From the NCBI RefSeq assembly GCF_009914755.1, contig NC_060938.1: a DNA stretch of 64,000 bases. One strand, written 5' to 3'. Both the position numbers and the translations under genes were made by a program. This document shows, piece by piece, positions 1 to 14,540 of the stretch. The first letter of the stretch is position 1. Every line of letters starts with the position of its first letter. Below the pieces are notes generated by a model, which ran no database searches, was not told the DNA's origin, and worked only from the letters and a program-made list of their open reading frames with translations. The stretch is from the human T2T-CHM13v2.0 reference genome, Homo sapiens.

Positions 1-318
1 AGGTTTTTTCTTTTCTTTTTAAAGATTACCGACAGTTTTGATTCTGATAACTTTTATATCATGATCCCTAATTTCAAAAAAAAAATTAAACGTGTAACTT
101 ATTTATGATGTATTTGATAGGCTTGGATTTATGAATCACCTCTACTATCTATAGTGGTAGATATATCTGAGCCTGCTTACACAGCACTTCCATCAGATTC
201 TCTCTTCAGTGGAATGGAAGAGGGGGTTTCGGAGAAGGGGATGAAGGAATTGTGCTGCATCAGAGGTCCCCACCTAACAGCACAGGGCCTTTTTCTGTGC
301 TCTTGCCAGGCCGTTGTA

Positions 319-364
319 TTGGCTGATGCAAAAGTAATTTTGGTTTTGTCATTGAAAGTAATGA
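319..364. mobile_element. MADE1 (Hsmar1-derived MITE) half fragment
   Basis: TTGGCTGATGCAAAAGTAATTTTGGTTTTGTCATTGAAAGTAATG resembles one arm of the MADE1 palindrome. Confidence 0.6.
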
Positions 365-775
365 GACCATCTGACTTACAATGTCTGTGCCGTAACCAAC
401 TCCTAATAGCCTCCTAGGACAGCTTTGCCCTGACATACACTGTCCTGGAACCACGTCTGCTTTGTAACTCCTGAGGTAGCTGCCACCATGACCAATGCCT
501 TCTCATCTTTACTCTACATGCAGGTAACAGTTATAATTATATCTCTGTGTATTCACAGAACATTTAGTACATCTGGGACTTCTACAAAATTTCCCTAGCT
601 GATTTTGGTGTTCTAGTGTCCTGGCAGCTCTAGCCATGAAGGGATGATGCTTTATCAGCATTTCTGTTGAGTTTTTTGCTTTTTCTCACAAACTGATTCC
701 ACTTTTCCCACATAAGTTTGACAATTCATTTGAACTCATTTATTCTAAACCCATTATTTTTTGTCTATTATTTAA

Positions 776-946
776 TAGGGTGGGGGGCAAGGGATAAAAG
801 ATAACAAATAAGGTGCAGTGTACACTGCTCGGGTGATGGGTGCACCCAAATCTCAAAAATAACCAGTAAAGAAGTTATTCATGGAACCAAATACCACCGT
901 ACCCCAATAACCTATGGGAAAAAAAATAAAAAATACAATAAAAAAG
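776..946 (+). mobile_element. L1PB-type 3' end fragment
   Basis: GGGATAAAAGA...GTGTACACTGCTCGGGTGATGGGTGCACC...AACCTATGG followed by an A-rich tail. Confidence 0.85.
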
Positions 947-1289
947 AGTCAGAAAAAAAGAAAATAATCACTGTACTTACCATGACACTTAGAAATGGTG
1001 GCTAGCATTATTTGTGTCACCTAATAATATTATTATTTTTTCTTTATGCTACAAACTAGCTCTGCTATTACAATCACTACTATTTGAAGTGTTACTAAAT
1101 TAAATTAAATTTATTGTATCCTTCTGGACTCAGAAATGGGGGTAAATGCTAAGACAATTTCAGAATATTATCACATATTAAAAGCATATTATATGGGGAA
1201 AATGTGATTTTAAAAAAATAGAAATTGGTAGAGAAACAGTTTTTTTGTCTCTTTAATTTCTGCACATTTTGCAAGTATGGACGCTGACT

Positions 1290-1545
1290 TTCTTGTTCCA
1301 AATGATTGTTTTCAAGCATGTTTGTATAGAAAACAGCCTTGGAATAGAAAACCAGTACCTCCTTCTGGAACAAAGGAAAAGTTTATTTACTGTCTAGTAT
1401 AATGCAGATAATTTCTCCCTCTTGGGAAGGGTACAGCCAAGTGAACTTCCCATAATACAAGTTGGGGTTTCTTGAGCTTGGTTTTTTCTTCCACAGTGTA
1501 ATGTGCAGGTGCCACATGGCTCTCTTTGTGTTATCCTGGGAAAGC
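1290..1545 (+). mobile_element. Old ERV LTR-like fragment, family uncertain
   Basis: Repeated CTCCCT(T)CT..GG / CAGCCTTGGAA motifs reminiscent of old ERV LTRs. Confidence 0.35.
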
Positions 1546-1549
1546 TGAT

Positions 1550-2338
1550 GGCTGTAGGTGCATGTTTATTTTGGGGTTCTCTATTCTGTTTCATTGGTCT
1601 TTGTGTCTGTTTTCATATCGCTACCATGCTATTTTGTCTATTGTGGCCTTAGGGTATAGTATGAAGTCAAGTAATGTGATGTCTCCAGCTTTGTTCTTCT
1701 TGCTTAGGTTTCCTTTGGTTGTCTGGGCTCTTTAAAAATCCATATGAAATTTAGAATATATTTTTTTCTAATTCTGTGAAAAACGACATGGGTTGTTTCA
1801 TAGGAATAGTGTTGAATGTGTAGATTGCTTTTGGCAGTATAGCCATTTTAACAATATTGATCTTTCTAATCCATGAGCATGGAATAGTTTTCCATTTGCT
1901 TTGTCATCTATGATTTTTTTCTGCAGTGTTTTGTAGTTCTCCTTTTAGATATCATTTACCTCCTTGCTTAGACATATTCTTCTTTTCTTTTCTTTTCTTT
2001 TGGGGGTTGCTGTTGTAAACAGGATTGCACTCTTGATTTACCTCTCAGTTTAAACATTTTTGGTGTACAGAAATGATACTTCTTTCTATATGTTGTTTTT
2101 TTTAATCCTGAAAGTTTGCTGAAGACTTTTTTTTATCAGTTCTAGGAGCCTTTTGGCACAGTCTTTAGGGATTTCTAGGTGTAGAATCATATCATCAGTG
2201 AAGAGAGATAATTTGACTTCATTTCTTATTTGGATGCCTTTTATCGCTTTCTCTTGCCTGATTGCTCTGGCTAGGACTTGTTAAACAGGAGTGGTGAGAA
2301 CAGCCATCCCTATTTTATTCCTGTTCATAAGGGGAATG
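1550..2338 (-). mobile_element. L1 ORF2 fragment, antisense, internally deleted, cut by ERV insertion
   Basis: Typical antisense L1 text (TTCTCTATTCTGTTTCATTGGTC; TTGCTCTGGCTAGGACTT); ends abruptly at GGGGAATG. Confidence 0.9.
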
Positions 2339-2621
2339 TGTTGGGAGAAAAGCTGAGTGTTGGAAGAGAAGCTGAGGCAGGGCCATATGTTTCTCATTCA
2401 CTTGATACACCGTTTCCTTTCAACCCCTAAATCCTCACCACCTGTTTGTTTGAGCACCAACAAATAGCGTGGGCTCCCAGAGCTTGGGGACTTTGCAGAC
2501 TCCACACTCGTGATGGTCTCCTGGTCCCACTTTCTCTCTCAAACTGTCCTTTTCTCATTCCTTTGACTCTGCCGGACTTCATCACCCCCATGACCTAGTG
2601 TTGGGTCTGATCACCCCAACA
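2339..2621 (+). mobile_element. LTR14-type 5' LTR of HERV-K14 (HML-1), shortened
   Basis: TG...CA termini (TGTTGGGAGAAAAGCTGAG ... ATCACCCCAACA) directly followed by a Lys PBS. Confidence 0.85.
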
Positions 2622-2625
2622 TTCC

Positions 2626-2643
2626 TGGCGCCCAACATGGGGT
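2626..2643 (+). promoter_or_regulatory. tRNA-Lys primer binding site
   Basis: TGGCGCCCAACATGGGGT, near match to the canonical HERV-K PBS TGGCGCCCAACGTGGGGC. Confidence 0.9.
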
Positions 2644-4400
2644 GACAAAGACCCGGTGAAGGAAGGCTGGAGCATGTGAAAGCAGAGGACACAACATCAA
2701 AAGACACCCGAGGACATACAAAGATGGGGAATGAAATTTAGTACTTAGAATTTGTTATCACTCTTTAGTACAGTAAAGCAGTTTTGCCCATGGTTTCCAG
2801 AACAAAGGACTATGAAGTTGGATGAATGGGAGAGAATTGGAAGAGATTTTTTAAAAGGCATATAAAGATGGAGCAGAAATTCTAGTTTCTGTATGGTCAG
2901 TGTGGGCACTAATAAAGGCAGCCCTTGAGCCATTTCAAACAGATGATGAGGCAGACTCAGATGAGGAAGAGGAGGATGAGTGTAAAAAACTAACTTCAAA
3001 TTCTGAGTGTGGGGAGCAGCTACCAGAGGAGATTAAAGAAAAGAAAGAAAAACTTTAAAAAGTATGTTTTACTAGCCCGTTGGCTCCACCTGCTGAATTA
3101 AGTGAATGGCCACCTCCTCTCTCTCCTCTAAATGGGTGAGAAAATAAATTAGCTGAAAAACTTACTGCTCCTGTAGTTACAACATTAAAACCTGGATCAA
3201 TTGGTGGTGGTAGACAAAATTCTATTCAAAAAGCTAAAGCCAAGGGAGACCTTGAAGCATGGCAATTTCCCGTTACGATAATCCAGCAAGTAGGACAGAA
3301 TATAGCTAATTAGGCTGCTTTCTCTTTTAAGTTACTAAAGAATTTAAGCAAGCCATTAGTCAATATGGATTGAACTCTCTTTTTTTGCAAACTTTATTTA
3401 AAAATATGGCTCTTGATAATGGATTACTACCATATAATAAGGATACTTTGACAAAACCTGTTCTCACTCCATCTCAGTACTTGCAGTTTAAAACTTGGTA
3501 GGCTGATGAAGATCAAACTCAGGCAAAAGAAAACACACAAGTGCAGCCACCTGTGCCTGTTTTCTTTGATCAGTTAATGTGAGTTGGCCCTAACTGGGGT
3601 TGATTAGAGAATCAAGCACTAATGGAAGATGTTGCCATTGTTCAGCTGTGCTTCATGTGCTTACATGCATAGAAAAGGATAAATGTTACAGGGGAAAAGT
3701 ATCCTTATTTCAGTTCTGTCTGACAAGGACCTAAAGAACCATATATTAATTTTATTGCTCAGCTCCAAGAGGCTGTGTATAAAGCCGTAAATGATCAAAA
3801 CAGCTCAGGATGTTGTAATACAGCTTCTTGCATACAATAATGCTAATGCAGAGTGTCAAACTGCTATTAGATCCCAGACAGAGAGGGCCCATTTAACTAA
3901 ATATATTAAGGCTTGCGATGGCATTGGAGATAACTTACATAAGGTTATTCTTTTAGCTCAGGCTGTGGCTAGATTAAGAGTAAGAAAAAATATGCTTCAT
4001 TTCTCAGGCTCTTGCCTTAATTGTGGGCAAATTGGACACAAGAAAGAAATGTAGAAAGGAATTCAAAAGACGAAAACTACTACCATCAATCAACAGAAAA
4101 GTCCCAATGTACGTCCCTGGTGTAAGAAAGGCAATCACTGGGCAAGTCCGTGTCATTCTAAATTTAGCAAAGATGGACAACCTCTTTCAGGAAATAGGAA
4201 GGGGGACCCGCCTCAAGCCCCTCAACAAACTGAGGCATACCCAGCACAGCCACTGCCCTTACAAATGTACAGCAATTGTCCCCCACCTCAGCAAGCAGTG
4301 CTGCTGTAGACCTCTACAGCACAATTCCCATCTCCTTACTTCCTGGGGAGCCATGAAAGAAGGTCCCCACAGGAGTTAGGGCACCCTTACCCTGAGGAAC
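2644..4400 (+). pseudogene. gag: HERV-K14/HML-1 internal region: disrupted gag and start of dUTPase/pro
   Basis: Capsid C-terminal peptide (LLAYNNANAECQTAI), zinc knuckles (CLNCGQIGH; CKKGNHWASPC), dUTPase start KVPTGV; many stops and frameshifts. Confidence 0.85.
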
Positions 4401-4851
4401 TGTTGGGAACAAGCCTCCCCAAATCCGGCCATAAACTGGCCCCAAAACTGGCCATAAACAAAATCTCTGCAGCACTGTGACATGTTCATGATGGCCATAA
4501 CACCCACGCTGGAAGGTTGTGGGTTTACTGGAATGAGAACAAGGAATACCTGGCCCGTCCAGGGTGGAAATCCACTTAAAGGCATTCTTAAGCCACAAAC
4601 AATAGCATGAGTGATCTGTGCCTTAAGAATAAGGGATACTTTTAGTTAATCTAATATCTATAGAAACAATGCTAATGACTGGCTTGCTGTTAATAAATAC
4701 GTGGGTAAATCTCTGTTCAGGGCCCTGCTCTGAAGGCTGTAAGACACCCCCCCCCCCATTTTCCCACTTCACACCTCTATATTTCTGTGTGTGTCTTTAA
4801 TTCCTCTAGTGTTGCTGGGTTAGGGTCTCTCCAACCGACCTGGTCTCAGCA
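4401..4851 (+). mobile_element. MER9 5' LTR of HERV-K9 (HML-3)
   Basis: TGTTGGGAACAAGCC...GGCCATAAACTGGCCCCAAAACTGGCCATAAAC start, CTGGTCTCAGCA end, followed by a diverged PBS (TGGTGCCC...). Confidence 0.9.
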
Positions 4852-6320
4852 AGTGGTGCCCATTAATGGGGGCTCAAATACAGGTCAAAGGATCGCTGGA
4901 GCAACGATTGGAGAATGTGGAACTAGCTGGAGGACACCCGAGTACTCTTAAAGCAATCCCCGTGGTGAGTAAGAAGGGGAGCTCGGAAGCATCAGGGTAG
5001 CAATAGGACAAGTGTGGGCTGTGGTTCGTTCTACCTTGGAACTTTTTCACACTGATGATGAGGAGGAAGGAGAGTATAACAAAGTAACAGTAGAGGTTAC
5101 AGACCAGGTTTATTTGTCACCTAAAGCTAAAGCAGAAAAGGAGGGAGAGGTTCATCCCTATCCTTCTGCACACCCTCATTACTATTTTGAAGAAAACGAC
5201 CCTCCAGATCTTTCTTTTCTGGAGGACACTGGGTGAAAAGTAGTTGCCCTGGTGACTGAGCAGCGCCTTGAGCGACTGTTCTTCGTTCTATTCAGGCAGG
5301 AATACAGCAAGCTAGACAAAAGTGGGATTTAGAGGCTTGGCAGTTCCCTGTTTGAATACACCCCCCAGATCAACAGGGAAATATTATAGCTACATTTGGG
5401 CCTTTTCCTTTTAAATCACTCAAAAAAATTAAACAAGCTATAAATCAGTATGGACCAGGTTCTCCTTTTGAAATGGGACTGTTAAAGAATGTTGCTGTTT
5501 CCAGTCGGATGATTCCTACTGACTGGGACACTTTTACTCTAGCTTGTCTAACTCCTGCTCAGTTCTTACAATTTAAAACTTAGTAGGCAGATGAAGCTTC
5601 CATTCAGGCTGCTCGCAATGCCTGGGCCCAACCTCAAATTAATATAACTGCAGACCAACTTTTGGGGGTTGGTGGCTGGGCTGGTTTACATGTACAAGTG
5701 GTCATGCAGGATGATGCCATAGAACAGCTTAGAGGAGTGTGCATTAGAGCTTGGAATAAATCACTTCATGTGGAGAACAATACCCTTCCTTTAGTGCTAT
5801 AAAACAGGGAACAAGAGAACCATATGTGGATTTTATAGCTTGGTTACAGGAGTCTCTTGAAAAGATGATTGCAGATTTGGCTGCTTAGGATATAGTGTTG
5901 CAGTTATTGGTTTTGACAATGCTAATCCTTATTGCCAGGCTGCTCTGCGACCTATCAGAGGGAAAGCACATTTAGTTGATTATAACAAGGCCTGTGATGA
6001 TATCAGAGATAATCTACATAAAGCTACTTTGTTGGCACAGGCGATGGCAGGACTGAGAGTGGATAAAGGAAATACTCTATTTCCTGGAGCTTGTTTTAAC
6101 TGTGGGAAGCATGGTCATACTAAAAAGAATGTAAAAAAAAAAAAAAAATCACCGAGTCAGGCCACTAGATAGGGGAAAAAACAAAACTGCTGATCCTGAA
6201 ATATGTCCAAAATGTAAAAAAGGAAAACTTTGGGCTAATCAGTGTCACTCTAAGTTTGATAAAGAAGGGAACCCGATTTTGGGAAACTCCCTGAGGGGCC
6301 CATCCCAGGCCCTGTTCTAA
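4852..6320 (+). pseudogene. gag: HML-3 leader and disrupted gag
   Basis: CFNCGKHGH and CPKCKKG..WANQC knuckles, NANP.CQ capsid motif, GGGAAAC slippery site at 6281-6287. Confidence 0.9.
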
Positions 6321-7222
6321 ACCAGGGCATTTCCATCTCAGGCCATTCCCTCACCCCCATACGTTATCTTTCCCCACCACAGCCCATAGTGCTGCAGTAG
6401 ATCCATGCTGCACAAAAGCTGTGAGCCTTCTGCCTGGGGAACCCCCGCAAAAGGTCCCAACAGGAGTCTGTGGACTGTTGCGAGCAGGGACAATGGGATT
6501 ACTTTTAGGAAGGTCTAGTTTAAGTTTAAAAGGGGTACAAATACACACTGGAGTCATTGATTCAGATTACAATGAGGAAATTCAAATTGTGATATTTAGT
6601 TCTGTTCCCTGGAAAGCACAGCCAGGAGTGCGCATAGCACAGCTCCTGAGTGAGCCGTATGTGGGAATGGGAAAAAGTGAAATTAAATGAACTGGAGGAT
6701 TTGGAAGCACAAATAAAAAAGGCAAGGCAGCTTATTGGGTAAATCAAATTACTGATAAACATCCTACCTGTGAAATAACTATCCAGGGAAAGAACTTTAA
6801 AGGTTTGGTAGATACTATTTTTTTTTTTTGGTAGGAGTGGACATTTCAATTATTTCTCTACAGCACTGGCTGTCCATGTGGCCAATTCAGCCCACTCAAT
6901 TTAACACAGTGGAAACTGCTAAAGCTCCAGAAGTGTATCAGAGTAGCTATACTTTGCATTGTGAAGGGCCCAATGGACAACCTGGGACTGTTCAACCAAT
7001 TGCAACTTCTGTACCTATAAATTTATGGGGGAGAGATTTATTATGACAATGGGGAGCACAAGTTCTAATTCCATAACAAGTATACAGCCCTCAAAGTCAA
7101 CATATGATGCACGAAATGGGGCATGTCCCTGGTATAGGAGTAGAAAAAAAATTGCAAGGTTTGAAAGAACTGCTTCAAACGGAAAGACAAAGTTCCTGCC
7201 AAAGATTAGTATACCATTTTTG
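6281..7222 (+). pseudogene. pro: HML-3 dUTPase-protease (pro), disrupted
   Basis: ORF 6421-6690 has dUTPase motifs (LLGRSS, GVIDSDY); protease GLVDT-G.D and INLWGRDLL. Confidence 0.9.
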
Positions 7223-8210
7223 ATGGTGGCCATAGTTAAGCCTCCAGAACCTATACCTTTAAAATGGTTAACAGATAAGCCAATTTGGATAGAATAATGG
7301 CTGCTAAGCAAAGGGAAACTGGATGCTTTAGAGAAATTAGTTACTGAACAATTAGAAAATGGGCACATAGCGCCAACATTTTCCCCTTGGAATTCTCCAG
7401 TTTTCATAATTAAGAAAAAATCAGGTAAATGGAGAATGTTAACTGACTTAAGAGCCATCAATTCAGTTATACAACCTATGGAAATATAACAGCCAGGATT
7501 CCCTTCTCTACTATAATTCCAAAAAATTGGCCTTTAATAGTCACAGATTTAAAAGACTGTTTCTTTACTACCCTTTTAGCTGAGCAAGACTGTGAACGGT
7601 TTGCATTTACAATTCCTGCAGTAAACAACCTGCAGCCTGCTAAGCTTTTTCATTGTTTCACAGATGGGTCTAGTAATGGTAAAGGTTCTTATTCTGGATC
7701 AAAAGCTAAAGTTTTCCAGACACCCTATACTTCAGCTCAAAAGGCGGAGCTTGTAGCTGTAATTGAGGTGTTGGCTGCTTTTGATATGCCTGTTAATGTG
7801 ATTTCTGATTCTTCATACATGGGTCATTCCACACAGTTAATTGAAAATGCTCAGTTAAGATTTCATACAGACGAACAACTGATAATAAAAACAAAAAAGG
7901 GGGAGAAACAGGGATTACGGGATAGCCCATACACAATTGAATCTTGCATTATTAACTTTCAAATTTTTGAGCCTGCCCAAAGGCCAGATGTTACCAGCAG
8001 CTGAACAGCATCTACAGAAACCAGCTGCAAAGACAGAAGCAGAACAACTGGTTTGGTGGAGAGATCCAATAACAAAAAGTTGGGAAATAGGTAAAATTAT
8101 AACTTGGCATAGAGGTTATGCTTGTGTTTCTCCAGGACCGAATCAACAACTGATTTAGATACCATCAAGACACCTGAAATTTTATCATGAGCCAGATGCT
8201 GAGGAAGAGA
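7200..8210 (+). pseudogene. pol: HML-3 pol remnant with two large internal deletions
   Basis: RT N-terminus ([27 protein letters not shown]; DLKDCFF), RNase H (FTDGS; SAQKAEL; ISDSSY), integrase C-terminus (VWWRDPITKSW; RGYACVS). Confidence 0.9.
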
Positions 8211-8245
8211 GAAAAAGCACAATCATCATTGAAATTAGAGCTTCT

Positions 8246-8458
8246 GGCTGGGCGCGGTGGCTCACGCCTGTAATCCCAGCACTCTGGAAGGCCGAGGTGG
8301 GCGGATCACAAGGTCAGGAGATAGAGACCATCCTGGCTAACACGGCAAAACCCCGCCTCTACTAAAAATACAAAAAATTAGCTGGGTGAGGTGGCGGGCG
8401 CCTATAGTCCCAGCTACTCAGGAGGCTGAGGCAGGAGAATGGCGTGAACCCAGGAGGC
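8246..8458 (+). mobile_element. AluY-like, 3'-truncated
   Basis: Alu head and mid A-tract; stops at GGCGTGAACCCAGGAGGC with no tail. Confidence 0.95.
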
Positions 8459-8581
8459 AAAACTTCAGGTTTTGCCAAGAATGACACTGTAAATGTAACA
8501 AAGCTTCTGTGCTTGTTAGTGAACAACAAATCAGCTACTCTCCTGTATTCGGAGATCAGGATGAAATGAAAAGAACAAGCA

Positions 8582-8882
<301 letters not shown>

Positions 8883-9594
8883 GACCCCCAACCTTGTCTA
8901 GACTGTGGGGTTTCAGTTTCACCCCAGGGGGGTCCTGGTTGGGTTAGAACCCTGAATCTGGTTTGAGTTCGTATCCTAAAGAATAAAGGGAATAAAGGCT
9001 GTAGCCACTAAGCTACTCAATCTGGTCCGGTTCTGGCTTTTGTGTGTCTGTCTGTATTTTTGGTCTAAATATTTGGCCCAACAGAGGTTAAAGGCTTTGA
9101 TGTTCTCAGCAAAAGCCTTGAGATCTCTAGTTTATCTGTGTGCTCAACTGGAACAAAGAGACTCCATAAACTAGAAAAACCTAAAGAAAATGGCACGCGT
9201 GAAAAAATGAGAGCCAACTCCTGTTTGTTGTTCTGTCCACCTCCCTCTCTCACTCCTCCTTCTGCCTTTGCTGTGGTCCCATGGTGTTTCTGTCTTTCTG
9301 GGGACCTGAGATTCAGTGTAGGAGTGAAGTCCATGATTTTAAAGCCTTCATGTCTCTGCTTTTTAACTCTGCCTGCTTTGCTGAGCTCTTATAATGAGAA
9401 ATAAACCATTCAGAACAGAAACAACAGGGCATCAGAAAACCAACTTCAGGCAGCGCTCCGGCAAGTACCTCCCTAGAGGGGAAGGGCCTACTAAAGGAGA
9501 TTTAATCTTGAAAAGGCCAAAATGAGAAGCTCTAACCTTAAGCTTGCTAGGTTTTCTAGGACTCGAGCTGGCTATATATTATGGACCATTCTAG

Positions 9595-10252
<658 letters not shown>

Positions 10253-10494
10253 TCTAGTGCACACTTTAAACCTGATGGCCAAATTACATGAAAGAAAATT
10301 CAGAACTCAAATAGTTACTATTTTTAAAAACCCTAAAGTGAAAAAGTCTCAGTTCTTTTGCCTATCTATTTTTTTTTCCCTGCCTACTTTGAATCTGCTG
10401 ATTTGTCTACTGGTGTTGAGATAAGACTTACTGTCTGTGGTGTTACTAATTCAAGGTCACTTGGCTGAAGAAAAACAAAAGAATGAAACAATTC

Positions 10495-10808
<314 letters not shown>

Positions 10809-11293
10809 ACAAAAGAGTTCTTTTATAAATACAAATAATTTAAAAAGTATTGATAAAATAAAAATAGAAAATAGAAATCTCTTCAGACTTGTCAGCATAC
10901 GTTTTTGACTGTGTTTTATATTTACATTTGCTAGATATTTTAAGGTGCTAGGGTTTGGCATGAAGGTTATAAAGCTATAAACACAGGAAAAAAGAATATT
11001 TGTTTATGTGATTTTTTAAATACATAAGACCAATTTAATATGTTTTGTTGAACAAAAATAATGGAATTTTCTGAGTTATTGGTAAAATACCCATGTATTT
11101 AACTTTGAAGTCCTCACTTACGTGAACTCCTGATATTCACAGGCTATAACATGGTTAACAAGAAAATAACCTAGAAATGATGACTAGCTTTGTCTAATAC
11201 CTCAGTTCTCACAAATACTCTAGATAAACTGTCAAAAATAAGTAAATGTAAATGGATAAATGTCTATACAAGACATCTTAATGTATTTTTGAA

Positions 11294-11945
<652 letters not shown>

Positions 11946-13116
11946 TATGTTTTAGGAACACATAATTCTAAATTATGAAATTATTCTCATATGTAAGATA
12001 CTGCTATATGACAATTCCAGATTTCTTGCTTCCTAGGTTTTTTATTAAAATAAGGGTTACTAAGTGTTAATATCTTGCTAGATATGTGTGATTAAGACTA
12101 CTAGATACAAGAGAAACAATTCTGTATGCAAAATGTATACCGGTTTTTGTTTCAGAGAAAGTAAATTCACTTAGAGATTTTTAAGGATTATTTTAAATTG
12201 AAGGAATAAAAAAGATAGATAAAACTACATGTGTGTAAAAAGTTGGGAAAGATGAAAAAATTATACAAGGTTATTAAAAGTTTATGTAAATCTTACATCG
12301 AGGCCAAAACTGATTGAGATCAGATAGATTGTTTATAAAGTTTATTTAAATTAGCTATAATATTAAAAACAGTGATAAAAAACTAAAAATTTTGGTTAAA
12401 ACAACAAGGTTTTCTTAATGTATTTATTTGCTCATAATAAGAGGTAATAAATATTGACTTTTAATCCTGAAATCTGTTACTATAAAAACTTTTCAGATTT
12501 GTATATCAGAAGTTCAACTTTTCCTGTACTTTCATGTTACACATGACTCACAGATCACATCACTGTCTCCTGTTCCTTCTTGAGAAGGAATAAAAGGCTT
12601 GGGTTTCCTGCTTGGCTGGGATGATAACTCCTTCAGCTTTTTCATCAGGTCTTATTTTATACTATTGGCTTTTAAATATGTCTTAATTACTTCATGTAAC
12701 CAGGAAACTTTCTTGCTATCATTGTGAGCTATGGATCCCCACTGCTCTATGCTCTGGTTTTCCTGTTGACATTCCTTTGTAATATTATGCTCACTCATGA
12801 CCCTGGACACACTCTTTCTATGTCTAATTAAATTCAAGTCTCCTTGTCATCGGAATTGACTTCCAAGTGATTTAAATTAGCTTCCCGTAAGAAGACACAG
12901 TTATGCCACAGGAGTTTTACCCTTTAAATGACTGGCCTGTAATAAAGATTTTAGGTTTTATCAAGATAATCCATGTGTTGCCTTTATTTTTTTTTAATTA
13001 CTTGGGAAAACTGAGGGTTTTCAGTTATCACATCCATGTAACCTTCTACGTTGCTTTTGATGTCTTTTGGTTGTCATTCTAATTAAATGAATGACTGTTA
13101 TTTAAAAATGACATGT

Positions 13117-13828
13117 GTCTGTGTGCAGCGGCTCATGTCTGTAATTCCGGCCCTTTGGGAGGCCAAGGTGTGTGGATCACTTGAGCCCAGGAGTTCAAGT
13201 CCAGCCTGGGCAAAATGGCAAAATCACATCTCTACTGAAAATACAAAAGCTAGCTATGTGTCGTAACAAGTGCTCATAGTCCTGGCTACTTGGGATACTA
13301 AGGTGGAGGATCACCTGAGCCTGGGAAGTTGAGGCTGCAGTGAGCCATGATTTCACCACTGCACTCCAGCCTGGGCAACAGGGTGAGACCCTGTCTCAAA
13401 AAAATAATAAAATAAAAAACAATAAACTGTCATTCTGTTTTGGTCAAGTGTTTTCAATTTTTTGACATCTTTGCTAAATCTTAGTTGATAACATTGTATG
13501 GGAAGCATTGCCAAAAGATAAGTAACACTAAATCTTTTTTTTTTCTCCGAGACAGAATCTTGCTTTGTCACCCAGGCTGGAGTGCAGTGGCGTGATCTAG
13601 GTCCATTGCAACCTCTGCCCCAAGGTTCAAGCGATTCTCCTGCCTCAACCTCCCAAGTAGCTGAGACTACAGACACATGCCACCACGCCCGGCTAATTTT
13701 GTATTTTTAGTAGAGACAAGATTTCTCCATGTTGGCCAGGCTGGTGTCAAACTCCTGACCTCTGATGATCTATCCAACTTGGTCTCCCAAAGTGTTGGGA
13801 TTACAGACATGAGCCACTGTGCCTGGCC
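13117..13828. mobile_element. Tail-to-tail Alu pair: AluJ (+) 13117-13420 and AluS (-) 13534-13828
   Basis: Alu consensus matches. Confidence 0.9.
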
Positions 13829-14198
13829 TAAATCTTCTTTTGGTTACATTTATAGGTATATTATTAATATAAATATTTTAAATGTTATATAAATTATAAA
13901 AATCTAATATGGTATCAGTCATAATTTTGATGATGTTAAATATTCTCTAAAGTTGTATATGTATAGATATATTATTAATATAAATATTCTAAAGATTATA
14001 TAAAATTTGTGGATGTCTGATGGATCTGATGTGTTGCCGTCAGTCATGATTCTGGCTGTTATCTTAAAATGCTACATATAATAGAAATAACTAAATTTTC
14101 TCGCAGGTCGAGAACTTCCACTGGATTTTAACCAAAGGATATTCTAAGTTTTTGTCATCCACGTTGATTGTTTAAAGTTCTTCTCTAAAACCCTTTAC

Positions 14199-14540
14199 AG
14201 GCCGGGCGTGCTGCTGGAGGCTGTGCAGGGCACAGTGCTGGGCGTGGTGCAGGGCACGGTGGCTCACACGTGTAAAAATCCCAGCACTTTGCAAGGCCGA
14301 GGTGGGTGAATTGCTTGAACTCAGAAGTTTGAAAGCATCCTGGGCAACATGGTAAAACCCTGTCTCTACAAAAATACAAAAATTAGCCAGCATGATGGTG
14401 CATGCCTATGGTCCCAACTACTTCGGAGGCTGAGGTAGGAGGATGGCTTGAGTTTGGGAGGGAAAAATTGTGGTGAGCCAAGATCATGCCACTGCACTCC
14501 ATCCTGAGTGATAGAACCAGACCATGTCTCAAAAAAAAAA
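14199..14540 (+). mobile_element. AluJ with reiterated 5' head
   Basis: TSD AAAA(C/G)CCTTTACA on both sides; head motif repeated. Confidence 0.9.

Noticed and set aside
310-522. Possible exon (TTGCCAG|GCC ... GCAG|GTAACA)
   Set aside because: Splice-like signals only, with no coding or other support
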